This document shows, piece by piece, positions 11,094 to 20,802 of a stretch of 64,000 nucleotides of DNA. The translations under genes and the position numbers were made by a program. How positions within the stretch are numbered: the stretch's first letter is position 1; each line of letters opens with the position of its first letter. This stretch comes from Desulfobacterales bacterium (GTDB lineage Bacteria > Desulfobacterota > Desulfobacteria > Desulfobacterales > UBA5852), in assembly GCA_963674755.2 (NCBI GenBank), contig CAXXVS010000001.1, positions 704,001 to 768,000 on the forward strand, read 5' to 3'. The notes below the pieces were generated by a model. It was not told the DNA's origin, did no database searches, and saw only the letters and a list, made by a program, of their open reading frames with translations.

Positions 11094-11864
11094 TTGCAGA
11101 TTGACAAAACCAGCGATTACCACATGCACACCATTTATTCGGACGGCAAGGCGGATATCGATGTCATGGCCCGTTCAGCCATCGACAAAGGGCTGACGCA
11201 TATCACGATTACCGATCACATGCCCCTTCCCTTTGGTACCCGCTATGCCATGTCACGGGCCAAGGTCAAGGCCTACCGACGGGACATCCGGCAGGCCCAA
11301 ACCGCATACGATGGCCGCCTGACCATGACATCGGGGATCGAATTCGAATATATTCCCCGGTATCGTGAATGGATCCATGACATATGGGAAATGGGCTGGG
11401 ATCATTGCATCGTCTCGGTTCACCGGCTGATCGATGGCGATATCGCCGGCATGGTCAATGGAACGCGTGAGGAATTCGATGCTCTATTTCAGACGGGCAA
11501 GGGCGATATCGAGACTCTCTGCCGGATTTACTACGGGGTGATTCAAATGGCCTGCCGCACCGGCTGGTTCGATATTGCCGGGCACTTGGACGTTATCAAG
11601 AAACACAATGCCGGCGCCGTTTTCTTTGATGAATCCGATGCCTGGTATCGTGACCTGGTGATGGCGACCCTGAAGGTGATCAAGGCGCAGGGCATGACAA
11701 TGGAGATCAACACGGCCGGCATCAACCATCCCGTTGGCGCTCCCTACCCCAGTCCCTGGATCGTCCACGAAGCGGCCGGTATGGGCATTCCCCTGGTGCT
11801 GAGTTCCGATAGCCATGGCCCTGAAACCCTGGGGCAGTATTTCAACGCCGCTTCGATTTTGTGA
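11094..11864 (+). CDS. PHP-family histidinol-phosphatase (HisJ-like)
   Basis: DYHMHT, TDHMP, GIEFEY, GHLDVIK, EINTAG, SSDSH metal motifs. Confidence 0.88.
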   Translation: MQIDKTSDYHMHTIYSDGKADIDVMARSAIDKGLTHITITDHMPLPFGTRYAMSRAKVKAYRRDIRQAQTAYDGRLTMTSGIEFEYIPRYREWIHDIWEMGWDHCIVSVHRLIDGDIAGMVNGTREEFDALFQTGKGDIETLCRIYYGVIQMACRTGWFDIAGHLDVIKKHNAGAVFFDESDAWYRDLVMATLKVIKAQGMTMEINTAGINHPVGAPYPSPWIVHEAAGMGIPLVLSSDSHGPETLGQYFNAASIL

Positions 11865-11935
11865 TCATACGGCTTGGAAAGGTATGTCGGCCATGTCCGT
11901 GACGTAGACCAATTTATCGCCGGGGTTTATTCCGG

Positions 11936-13603
11936 TTGAAACCTTCCATCTACCGCAACGATATGAAAAAGTGGTTCATCAAAAATTTTCCCCTCCTGGC
12001 CAACCTTCTGGCCAATTACACGGGCGTTTTCATGATTTTCGTGGTGCAGGAGCAGATTGCCCGACAGCTACTTCCCATGGCCAGGGAGAGAACCATCCTG
12101 GCGAGCCTGCTTTACGATCCGGCCGTGATCGTTCTTTGTATCCTGGTGGCACTGCGCTTCGAGCGGCCTGTGCGCCGCTGCCTGGACGCCATTGACCTGA
12201 CAGCGGTACCTGCCCCCCTTCTGACCAGGGCCCGCAAACGGCTGCTGACGATTCCCTATTTTTACATGGGCATAAATCTGGTCGCCTGGATCGTGGCCGC
12301 GGTGCTCTTCCCGATGCTGCTGCTATACGATGGCGTCCCGGCTTTCTTGGTCGTGCGCACGGCCGCGCAGTGTCTCCTCATCGGACTCATCACCTGCACT
12401 CTGGCCTTTTTCCTTGTGGAGGCCATTCTGCAAACCTTTTTCATGCCGCGTTTTTTTCCGGAGGGCGGGGTGTTCAACGTCAAGGGCGTGCCGCATGTGC
12501 GCATCATCACCCGCCTCGTCGCGTTGTTCGTCATTGCCGGATTCGTGCCGGGCGTGGTGTCGATGCTCATGGCCAGCGGTATGCAGCGGATGCTGAATTC
12601 AACCCAGCTCGCTCCCGCCGAAATCATCCCGCTTTTCAGCGAGGCCATGTCCACCAGTGCAATGGTGTTCATCGGGACCGGTCTGGTTCTGGTCATACTG
12701 GTCGGCCTGACCCTGGCCCACCCTTTCCGCGCCATTGTGTCCGCCTTGCACGACATTCGCAAAGGCCGCCTGAACGTCTGGATTCCCGTGCGTTCGACGG
12801 ACGAGGTCGGTTATACGTGCGAGGCCATCAATCGCATGGCCGGCGGACTGCGGGAGAGAGAACGGCTGCGCGAGAGCCTCACCCTGGCCGGAGCGGTGCA
12901 GCAAAGCCTGCTGCCGCGCCATGCCCCCGACATCCCGGGCCTTGACATTGCCGGTGTGAGCATCCCCTGCGATGAAACCGGCGGTGACTATTTCGACTAT
13001 GTGCATTTCGCCCAGCCCGATCCCCACCTCGGCATCGTCGTGGGCGATGTCTCGGGACATGGAATTTCCTCGGCCCTGCTGATGACGACGGTGCGGGCCA
13101 TGGTGCGGACGCGCTGCGACCTGCCTGGCAGCCCGCGGGAAATACTGGCGGATTTAAACCGACAATTGTGCCGCGATGTGGGCGATTCCGGCAATTTCGT
13201 CACCCTCTTCTTCTTGAAGATCGCGACCGGCACCCGTACGATGAGCTGGGTGCGCGCCGGCCAGGATCCCGCACTGCTGTATACCCCCGAGACGGATACC
13301 TTCGAGGAACTGCGCGAAGGAGGGCCTACGCTGGGCGTCGTCGCCGAAGCTCGCTATACCAGCGGCAGCGGCTGTTTATCCTCCGGCCAGGTGATGCTGA
13401 TCGGCACGGATGGCATTTGGGAGTCCCGCGCCCCAACCGACGAGCCCTTCGGCAAGCACCGTGTGCGCCGGGTGATCCGCGACCATGCGCACTTGGAGGC
13501 CCAGGCCATCCTGGACACACTGCTCGCCGAGCTGACGGCCTTTCGGGCCGGCCAACCCGTGGAAGACGACATTACCGCCGTGGTCATCAAAGGTGTCGGG
13601 TGA
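11936..13603 (+). CDS. Membrane HAMP + SpoIIE/PP2C phosphatase
   Basis: Multiple TMs, HAMP, TGGDYFD, VGDVSGHG, TDGIWE, EDDITAVV. Confidence 0.92.
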   Translation: MKPSIYRNDMKKWFIKNFPLLANLLANYTGVFMIFVVQEQIARQLLPMARERTILASLLYDPAVIVLCILVALRFERPVRRCLDAIDLTAVPAPLLTRARKRLLTIPYFYMGINLVAWIVAAVLFPMLLLYDGVPAFLVVRTAAQCLLIGLITCTLAFFLVEAILQTFFMPRFFPEGGVFNVKGVPHVRIITRLVALFVIAGFVPGVVSMLMASGMQRMLNSTQLAPAEIIPLFSEAMSTSAMVFIGTGLVLVILVGLTLAHPFRAIVSALHDIRKGRLNVWIPVRSTDEVGYTCEAINRMAGGLRERERLRESLTLAGAVQQSLLPRHAPDIPGLDIAGVSIPCDETGGDYFDYVHFAQPDPHLGIVVGDVSGHGISSALLMTTVRAMVRTRCDLPGSPREILADLNRQLCRDVGDSGNFVTLFFLKIATGTRTMSWVRAGQDPALLYTPETDTFEELREGGPTLGVVAEARYTSGSGCLSSGQVMLIGTDGIWESRAPTDEPFGKHRVRRVIRDHAHLEAQAILDTLLAELTAFRAGQPVEDDITAVVIKGVG

Positions 13604-13657
13604 GTCAGGGGAACCGGTCTGCCCCCTTTTTATCTTCAGCCTCATGGAGAAAACGCC

Positions 13658-13899
13658 ATGTTAAACGGCATCCATTTTATACTGACTTACACCTGCAACT
13701 TCGAATGCGACCACTGCTTTCTTTCTGCGGCCCCCTGATCCGTGGCGGCCCGGCCGAGCTGGCCAGAGTGTGCGGCCTGACGCCGGAACCCGGCTACATC
13801 GACGCCTGCCATCTTTGCTTTCTGACCCGCAAGGCCGCCATTGGTCAGTATCCGGAAGCCCTGGCGCCGAAGCAGGTTTATGGCCCCGATCTCAGTTGA
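13658..13899 (+). pseudogene. Radical SAM gene with large internal deletion
   Basis: MLNGIHFILTYTCNFECDHCFL (CxxxCxxC) joined out of frame to a C-terminal GYIDACHLCF...LAPKQVYG segment. Confidence 0.8.
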
Positions 13900-14299
13900 T
13901 GCCCCGGTCATTCAGGAAGGGGCCGTATTGCTTGTCGCTGCCCTTGATGTGGCCTACCAGCCAATTGCATAAAAAGTTCATGACATCGATGGACAGATCC
14001 TGTTCGCCGCTTTTGAAAGCATCCTCGAACTCCGTGACCTTCATCTCGAAGGCGGTATGCTCCCTTTTGTGGGCATCCGCTTGTGGATAGCCCAGGCGAT
14101 CGAAGTAATCTTCCTCTTTGGCGAAATGCATGGCTGCGTAGATCACCAGTTGACTGATGAGATTCCCCAGCGCCTGTCTGTCCTCGCCGTTCCGCATGGC
14201 GGCATAGAGCTCGTTGATCAGGGAAACCAGATACTGGTGCTGATCGTCGAGTTCTTTTACATTCACACTGAAGCCGGGCTGCCAATCGAGAAATGCCAT
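13892..14299 (-). CDS. Bacteriohemerythrin
   Basis: W...FSVNVKELDDQH, HFAKEE, HKREH, WLVGHI..SD iron ligands. Confidence 0.93.
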   Translation of the reverse strand: MAFLDWQPGFSVNVKELDDQHQYLVSLINELYAAMRNGEDRQALGNLISQLVIYAAMHFAKEEDYFDRLGYPQADAHKREHTAFEMKVTEFEDAFKSGEQDLSIDVMNFLCNWLVGHIKGSDKQYGPFLNDRGIN

Positions 14300-14561
14300 A
14301 TTGGTTCCTGTCGGGATGGATGGTGTGGAAATCAAAGTCGCCGAACGGCGCGGCTTTTGATGGCTTTTGTAAAAACGCAGTGAGACAGACCCAAAATGCA
14401 TTCTGGCCGCGCTGGTATTCGTAACGACGCCAGCCATATCAAAGACGCCTTGTGGTATCAAGAAATAACCGATATTTGTATTGCTATCGATGCTGCTCAA
14501 CAGCGCATCGGCAGGGGGGAGATATTCCGAATCTTCATCCCACCCATAAAGGAATGCCATC

Positions 14562-15206
14562 ATGAACGATACGGCCATTGTCATCGGCGCCACCGGTCTG
14601 GTCGGACAGGCCCTGACGGACCGGCTCGCCAATGCGAACCATATCTTACGGGTTGTCACCCTGACCCGCCGGCTGGCACCTCATGCTTCCCCCAAGGTTG
14701 ACAACCGGATCGTGGATTTCGACCACCTGGAGGAAAAGGCGGCGCATTTCGCGGGGGACCTGTTGTTTTCGTGCCTGGGAACGACCCGCAAGCAGGCCGG
14801 CGCCATTGCGGCCCAACGCAAGGTCGACCTGGACTATCAATATTGCGCAGCCCAACTGGCAGTGGACCGGGGTGTACGCCATTACCTGCTGGTTTCCGCC
14901 AGCGGTGCCAATGCCAACAGCAACAACCCGTACCTGCGGATGAAGGGCGAACTGGAGGAGAAGGTCCAGGCCCTGCCGTTCGAACGCATCAGCATTTTTC
15001 AGCCCTCTCTATTGCTGGGCCAGCGTGCGGAGTTCCGCCTGGGCGAAAAGGCGGGCGCCATTTTGCTGCCGATTATTTGCCGTATTCCCGGCCTGCGCCG
15101 CTACCGCCCCATCCGCGGTGAAGAGGTGGCCGCCAAGATGGTGCAGGTGAGCCGGCAGCCGGGCCCGCCGCGGGAGTGGTTTCGTCTTGACCGGATTTTT
15201 ATATGA
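14562..15206 (+). CDS. NAD(P)-binding atypical SDR (YraR/TIP30-like)
   Basis: GATGLVG, CLGTT, KVDLDY, YLRMKGELE, PSLLLG. Confidence 0.88.
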   Translation: MNDTAIVIGATGLVGQALTDRLANANHILRVVTLTRRLAPHASPKVDNRIVDFDHLEEKAAHFAGDLLFSCLGTTRKQAGAIAAQRKVDLDYQYCAAQLAVDRGVRHYLLVSASGANANSNNPYLRMKGELEEKVQALPFERISIFQPSLLLGQRAEFRLGEKAGAILLPIICRIPGLRRYRPIRGEEVAAKMVQVSRQPGPPREWFRLDRIFI

Positions 15207-15253
15207 AAGCCCCTCCGATTTTGAGGCGGCTTGCAGCGAAGGAAAAGGAGACA

Positions 15254-15909
15254 TGAATGATCATTTAAAGCAATTCTGGGAGTTGCGACTTGAAAGGTGC
15301 CGGGAAGCGCTCGCGGCCAACAATTTCGGCGCTTATGCGGCAAACGATTGCAGGGAGGCGAAGCGCATCGTCCTGGAAGAAATTCTTCCCAGGATTGTGC
15401 CGAAAACGGTCTCCTGGGGGGATTCCATGACGTTGCACGCTACGGGGATTCTAAAAGAGATAAAACAGAACACCGCCATCGATATCGTAGAAACATTTGC
15501 CGACAATGTGCCGTGGGCGGAATTGATCGAACGACGCCGGCAGGCGCTGCTGACGGATCTGTTTTTTACGGGCAGCAATGCCCTGACGGAAGCAGGGCAA
15601 CTGGTCAACCTGGACATGATCGGCAACCGCACGGGCGCCATCACTTTCGGTCCGCGGAACGTCATCATTCTGGTTGGCCGCAACAAGATCGTTTCCGATC
15701 TCACGGCGGCCATGGCGCGCATCAAATCCTACGCCGCGCCGGCCAACGCGATCCGGCATCCCGGCTTAAAAACCCCCTGCATGAAAACGGCCTATTGCAT
15801 GGATTGCAAAAGCCCTGATCGCATCTGCAATACCTGGACTATTACGGAAAAGTCCTACCCGAAGGGGAGGATCCGCGTCATCCTCATCAATGAGGACCTG
15901 GGGCTATAA
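15254..15909 (+). CDS. LUD-domain (lactate utilisation-like) protein
   Basis: GSNALT..GQLVNLD..GNR, GRNKIV, TPC...[20 protein letters not shown]. Confidence 0.88.
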
Positions 15910-16072
15910 AGGCTTCCGCTACACCACCGGCAATGTCGGCGCCGCCTCGATCTATCTCATCATGGAAGACCTCTCCAAATCCGGCGGGTTGAAACCGGGT
16001 CAGCGCCTGCTGTGCTTCATCCCGGAAAGCGGGCGGTTTTCGCACTGCTTCATGCATTTGACGGTGGTTTGA
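15910..16072 (+). pseudogene. C-terminal stub of a DarB/StlD-type beta-ketoacyl synthase
   Basis: [16 protein letters not shown]...[18 protein letters not shown]...LTVV*; no N-terminus. Confidence 0.7.
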
Positions 16073-16179
16073 GATACGAAGGCCCTCAGTTTGCCATCCT
16101 TGCGAAAGCGAAGACGCAGGTCCCTGCAAGCCTGTTTCGATACCATTGTATGGGCGATCTTAGTTCCTAAAAATTCGCA

Positions 16180-16342
16180 ATTTCCTGATCAGGAAAATAT
16201 GCCAAAATAAGAAAATTAAAATATTGCCTGCTCACGGCCGCAATCTTAAACGCCGGTCCAAAGGGAACAATATCGGCGCCTGGGTCTGAAAATATTCCTT
16301 GACAGTTTTCCTGAAATCTATCATTTTCCTGAACAGGAAAAT
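16180..16342. promoter_or_regulatory. Two related inverted-repeat operators upstream of the antitoxin-like gene
   Basis: TTTCCTG-AT-CAGGAAA (16181-16196) and ATTTTCCTG-AA-CAGGAAAAT (16323-16342); TTGACA at 16299. Confidence 0.55.
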
Positions 16343-17450
16343 GGAAAAATACAGGAAAATACAAACCGAGACGGGGATGATCGACCGACTTCGGCAGGGA
16401 AGAGCCGAGTTGTCGCCGTTGTCCCTTCGCTTTATGGAAGTTGCCAAGAATAAGGGCAGGGATTCCGGATACGACGCACTGATTGAAATTTCGTGGCAGA
16501 AGGAAACCGTCAGATTTGCCGTCGAGTGCAAGGCTCTTTCAACCCCTAAAGCCTTTCAATCCGGATTGATTCAACTGAAGTCGTTAAAACTGCCTGAAGG
16601 CGTATTGCCGATGCTGTGCCTGCCTTTTCTCAGTGAAGCCCAGTTGAAACAGTTGGAAAGTGAGGGAATTAGCGGGATCGACTTGTGCGGAAACGCTGTC
16701 GTCATTGCTCCCGGGAAATTTTACGTCTTTCGCACCGGAGGAAAGAACAGATTTCCCTCCTGGGCTCCGATCAAAAATGTTTACCGCAAGAATACCTCGA
16801 TGGTGGGGAGGGTTTTTCTGGCGCGTCCGGAGTATGAAGCTGTCCAGGAGATTCAAAACGAGATCAGCAGGCGAAATCCCCTGGTCGTATTGGGGGACAA
16901 GAAGCCAATTGGCCTTTCAACTGTTTCAAAGGCGTTGAAATCTCTGGAAGAAGACCTCATCGTTGCGCGCAACGGCGGTATTCGCCTTTTACAGGCCGAC
17001 AAGCTTCTAAATAAACTGGCCGTAAATTATGAGCCCCCGCGAGTCGCAGGGCGGGTGCAGATCAAGATTCAAGAAGACCCTGAAACACTCCGTAATCTGG
17101 TGACCGCGGTTTCTCAAAAGACGGGCTTGCCCGTTGTCGCAACAGGAACATCTTCAGTTTCCCGGTACACGGTTATGCCGCGGGGAGATTTGCTTTCAGT
17201 CTACTGCCCCAAATTGGAACCGCTGCGCGTCCTATTGCCGGGCAGCCGGACGGATCGCTTCCCAAATCTCGAGTTGATCGAAGTCGAGGATGAAACGGTC
17301 TATTTCGATGCGCGCCAGGAAGAGGGGTTTTGGTGGGCATCGCCTGTACAGGTCTATCTTGAACTCATGACCGGGGACAAACGGGACCAGGAAACGGCTG
17401 AGCAGTTGAAACCGTCCATTATGAACACTTCTGGATCGATTTCGCGATGA
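16341..17450 (+). CDS. Putative type IV TA (AbiEi-like) antitoxin/regulator
   Basis: N-terminal D...E.K nuclease-like fold (YDALIE...FAVECK), GIDLCGN, HTH (GLSTVSKALKSL), ASPVQVYLEL...RDQETA tail. Confidence 0.65.
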   Translation: MEKYRKIQTETGMIDRLRQGRAELSPLSLRFMEVAKNKGRDSGYDALIEISWQKETVRFAVECKALSTPKAFQSGLIQLKSLKLPEGVLPMLCLPFLSEAQLKQLESEGISGIDLCGNAVVIAPGKFYVFRTGGKNRFPSWAPIKNVYRKNTSMVGRVFLARPEYEAVQEIQNEISRRNPLVVLGDKKPIGLSTVSKALKSLEEDLIVARNGGIRLLQADKLLNKLAVNYEPPRVAGRVQIKIQEDPETLRNLVTAVSQKTGLPVVATGTSSVSRYTVMPRGDLLSVYCPKLEPLRVLLPGSRTDRFPNLELIEVEDETVYFDARQEEGFWWASPVQVYLELMTGDKRDQETAEQLKPSIMNTSGSISR

Positions 17451-17569
17451 ATCGAATCATCGATCTACAGACGGCGCTCCTGGACCTTCTTTACGAAATC
17501 CGAACCACCGGCGAGAAGCTTATTGTCGACGGCGGGTATGGCATTTACCTTCTTTTTCGACCTACCTGA
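17447..17569 (+). pseudogene. Truncated nucleotidyltransferase-like (AbiEii-like) partner
   Basis: ATGA overlap with upstream gene; MNRIIDLQTALLDLL...KLIVDGGYGIYL then stop at 40 aa. Confidence 0.5.
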
Positions 17570-18001
17570 TACATCCCTAACACCCGCATCAAAGCTGCTC
17601 CAGGTTTTATAAGCGATATCCTTGAGATTATGTCATTTTTCTGTTAACGAGGAATATCTCTGCAAACAAGTCGGCATATCCCCCGTCATTCCGCGCCAGC
17701 GGCTGCCTGTGAAATGGTAGAGCGCTCTTTAAGGGCACCATTTCCAGTGCATCAAAATAGATGGTAGGGCGTTATCAACCTAAGACGCCCACCCTGAAAT
17801 TTTATAAACGCATCAAATTGTCGAAAGATTCCATAGGCACTAAGAAATCATACTTTTTTAGGTCGCTTATCCTTAATTTGTAGCCTGGAAATGGTGGATT
17901 TAGGAGGAGATCACAATTTGTGACGACTTCAAAGTAAAAGGCGGAACAATCCAGGATAAAGATAGAATCCAGAATGTTAAGTTGGCCCATCCTTACAGGT
18001 A

Positions 18002-18112
18002 GATATACGCACAATCCAAAATTTGGGTGGGCAAGCGGATTTAGGGGCCACAATGGTCTATACGCATGTGGTAAGCAAAAACAGGCATGGTGTTGTCAGT
18101 CCATTAGACTAA
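18002..18112 (+). pseudogene. intI: Integron integrase C-terminal remnant
   Basis: DIRTIQNLGGQADLGATMVYTHVVSKNRHGVVSPLD*, degenerate box II plus the IntI-typical GVxSPLD tail. Confidence 0.85.
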
Positions 18113-18323
18113 ATTGTCTCAAAATAATTATTTTCCGTTATTATGGTGCAGCATCATAATAACGATAATTGGCGGGAAATGATGCCTTTTCAAAACCTAT
18201 AAAATATGTAATTGTTAAATTAACGAATTGATATTGTGGCATATATGACAATCTGGCGGAACAATAACAAAATTCGTAAAAAGTGTCTCAAAAGTATATT
18301 TTTTGTTAAAAAGATGCCTTCCA

Positions 18324-18342
18324 CATAATATTATAGTTGCGG
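18324..18342 (+). other. Putative attI core, copy 1
   Basis: CATAATATTATAG/TTGCGG; first GTT after intI that pairs with a downstream R'' (CCGCAAC 18650); same 15-mer at 26697. Confidence 0.7.
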
Positions 18343-18454
18343 CCGATCGCCTCAATTTAAAAGCACAAATTGACATAAAAACTAATAAATAAATATCAAA
18401 AGAAAATTAAAAGGAATAAAAAGAAGACAAAAAGTTTTCAGCGATCTTTGGGGG

Positions 18455-18573
18455 GAGGCTGGAAAATTTTCTCGATCTGTGGTAACAGTAATGCACGACA
18501 GCGACAGGGCAACTGTCGTTGGTACTGATCGCTGTCGTGCATTACTGTAGGGACGAAAAAATTATCCAACCTC
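18455..18573. repeat. Long inverted repeat inside an ORF-less cassette, candidate structured RNA/DNA
   Basis: Perfect 20-bp arms 18485-18504 and 18529-18548, with imperfect outer and inner pairing. Confidence 0.85.
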
Positions 18574-18649
18574 GCATTTTCCACTTTTCTACTAGAGACT
18601 ACCGGCAAATATTTCTGAATTTTTGGGCTTGGCTTACAGACCGGCGTCG

Positions 18650-18717
18650 CCGCAACATGTCAACGTACCAGACATCGATCGCTTCGCGTTCGATGCAGGT
18701 AGTTTCCGACATTATAC
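18650..18717 (+). other. attC site 1 (R' G>A variant)
   Basis: CCGCAAC...TACC.GACATCGA/TCGATGC.GGTA...ATTATAC. Confidence 0.75.
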
Positions 18718-18720
18718 TTT

Positions 18721-19383
18721 ATGAACAATATGAAAACATTTATTGGAGTATTAATAATTATGTCGTTGTTTTCATTCACGAATGTTTTTGCGGCAACACC
18801 TGAACAAAAATTCTGGAAATGGTTCGTGAAAAATCAAGGCATATTATTTGAATTTGAAAAAAACAGAGAAAGGATATTTGACAACCTATCCTCTGAAATG
18901 AAAAAGGTACATCCTGATCTTACCTTTGAATTTGGGCCGATACAGGAATCCGGTAAACGAGAGCTTGTTATTAGTGCAGGAGGTATTAAAGACGCTTTTC
19001 CATTCGTTGAGTCTTTGTATGATTCGGCACCCAAACTTTCCAATTGGATTATTATTAAATTCCGGCCCAGGCGAAATCCCCTAAATGACTTAGAATTTGG
19101 TGGCAAGACGATAAAGGCATCTGAAGTTTATTATAAAATGTTTAAAGACCAAGAGAAAGTCGGCCTAATAATTTTTCTTGATGGATATAATGATGCTGAA
19201 AAAGATATTTACGGAAATATTGGTTACCTATTTTTAGACGAGGCATTAGGGGAATATGATATTGAAATGAAAGTCGGCTTCATTGAGTTTCACGGAAGAG
19301 AATCAAAATATTTTGAAGGTTCTCAACCGCTGAGTGAATTGGCTGAACATTTTGACGAATATTTTAAAAATACAATGAATTGA
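18721..19383 (+). CDS. Cassette gene: exported hypothetical protein
   Basis: Signal peptide (VFA-A), FWKWF, RELVISAGG, LDEALGE; bounded by attC sites. Confidence 0.85.
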   Translation: MNNMKTFIGVLIIMSLFSFTNVFAATPEQKFWKWFVKNQGILFEFEKNRERIFDNLSSEMKKVHPDLTFEFGPIQESGKRELVISAGGIKDAFPFVESLYDSAPKLSNWIIIKFRPRRNPLNDLEFGGKTIKASEVYYKMFKDQEKVGLIIFLDGYNDAEKDIYGNIGYLFLDEALGEYDIEMKVGFIEFHGRESKYFEGSQPLSELAEHFDEYFKNTMN

Positions 19384-19384
19384 C

Positions 19385-19445
19385 GTATAACATTTTGCTG
19401 CACGGGAGCGCAAAAAGCGCGCGCCCCGTGAGCAATGCGTTATAC
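19385..19445 (+). other. attC site 2
   Basis: GTATAAC...TTGCTGCACGGG/CCCGTGAGCAA...GTTATAC. Confidence 0.92.
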
Positions 19446-19460
19446 AATCATAGTGATGGT

Positions 19461-19781
19461 ATGAAAAAGACCACAAAAATATGCCCTGATTGTGAAAGGG
19501 AAAACCCTACTGCCCAAAAAAAATGTCAGTTCTGTGGTGCTGTTTTACACTACGGAAAGGATTACTACAAATTAAAAAGTTTTCTCTCGTAGGTCACAAT
19601 TTTCGGCATTTTAACAGGGTGTCTTTATACAAGCCTTTCAAAATCTAAAATTATCGATCCAGCTTTTATTGATAATATTCCGAATTGGGTTTCTTATATA
19701 TTTTGGGGATTTGTAGCTATTGGCGTTCTATGTCGCTTATTAGTTGGCATGGCGGATGTGGACGAAACTTTTATTGAATAA
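19461..19781 (+). pseudogene. Cassette gene: zinc-ribbon + 2-TM protein with in-frame TAG
   Basis: CPDC...CQFC, TAG at 19590, frame stays open through two hydrophobic segments to TAA at 19779. Confidence 0.7.
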
Positions 19782-19787
19782 AACTCT

Positions 19788-19879
19788 GTATAACCTTTCG
19801 CTGTTTCTGAATGTCACGGTATGCAATACTTCGCTTCGCTCAGGCAAGCCGCGCCATCAGAAAAGCTTAGCCGTTGGGT
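19788..19879 (+). other. attC site 3
   Basis: GTATAAC (complements GTTATAC 19439)...GCTGTTTCTGA/TCAGAAAAGC...GTTGGGT. Confidence 0.88.
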
Positions 19880-19890
19880 GAAAAAACAAA

Positions 19891-20721
19891 ATGAACCAAG
19901 ATATCAAATCTATTCTCTATAATATTTTAGGTGGTATAATAGTCTCTGTCCTCACAGTTATTTTTATATCTCTCCGAAAACAATTAAAAAGTTTTCAACT
20001 ACATAGACTTTTAGGATTCTGTTCCCATTCAGGGGACGAACCGAAAATCGTTTATGGTCAACTTGCCTTGCCAAATGTTTTCAAACAAAACGGGCAGGTT
20101 ATTACACATCCCTATGTAAAGCCACCAAGAAACGGTGGAGCAATTCCACTTCAAGGAACATATTCAATAACCCATCCTGTAAGCGAGTGTGAAGTTCGGG
20201 CATCTACATACCTTACTAGTATGCTTTCAAACATAAAAAACACTCATCCACAATTAATTTCTGATGTCGATGCAAATGCAGTCTTAGACAGTAATCTATT
20301 TGCGTTAGGTGGACCAGGGTCAAATTACAAAACAGCAGATATTCTTGCATCACCAGCAAATTTATTTATTCAAATGGCGCATAATGGTTTTTCTTTAATC
20401 TCAGGGGAACATCTGCCCTTTGTCTGTAACCAAACAACTGACTATGGTTTTATTCTACGCATAACTCCCCCTCAATTCCCTAAACGTTCGTGGATTGCAT
20501 GTTCAGGTTTAGGGGAATGGGGTACAAGCGGATCTGCTTGGTTTCTTGCCAACAAATGGAAGTATTTGATGAGAAAAATATCACCTTTTGCCTATTACAT
20601 GGGAATTATGCCTATATGTGATTTTGTTGCAATTATTAAAATTACTCGTGGGCAAGATCAGTCAGCTGAAATAGTCGATGCATACCGAAAATCAGGTAAA
20701 ATGATAAAACGTATAAAATAA
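19891..20721 (+). CDS. Cassette gene: N-terminal TM + unknown alpha/beta domain
   Basis: 276 aa; NLFALGGPGSN, DYGFIL, SGLGEWGT. Confidence 0.85.
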   Translation: MNQDIKSILYNILGGIIVSVLTVIFISLRKQLKSFQLHRLLGFCSHSGDEPKIVYGQLALPNVFKQNGQVITHPYVKPPRNGGAIPLQGTYSITHPVSECEVRASTYLTSMLSNIKNTHPQLISDVDANAVLDSNLFALGGPGSNYKTADILASPANLFIQMAHNGFSLISGEHLPFVCNQTTDYGFILRITPPQFPKRSWIACSGLGEWGTSGSAWFLANKWKYLMRKISPFAYYMGIMPICDFVAIIKITRGQDQSAEIVDAYRKSGKMIKRIK

Positions 20722-20722
20722 C

Positions 20723-20784
20723 ACCCAACATCGGCATTCAGTGGAGCGCAAAAAGCGCGCGCCCACTGATGCCGGGCGTTAGAT
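20723..20784 (+). other. attC site 4
   Basis: ACCCAAC (complements GTTGGGT)...CGGCATTCAGTGG/CCACTGATGCCG...GTTAGAT. Confidence 0.93.
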
Positions 20785-20802
20785 ATCAGGTGTTAATTTA
20801 AA

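Noticed and set aside
17900..17937. ORF6N-like SQFVT remnant
   Set aside because: Only five residues of resemblance; insufficient
18519..18803. 94-aa ORF as the gene of cassette 1
   Set aside because: TTG start inside the hairpin, no RBS, crosses the attC and overlaps the next gene
19590..19592. Pyrrolysine recoding
   Set aside because: No pyl genes or other amber-containing genes seen in the window; a nonsense mutation is simpler
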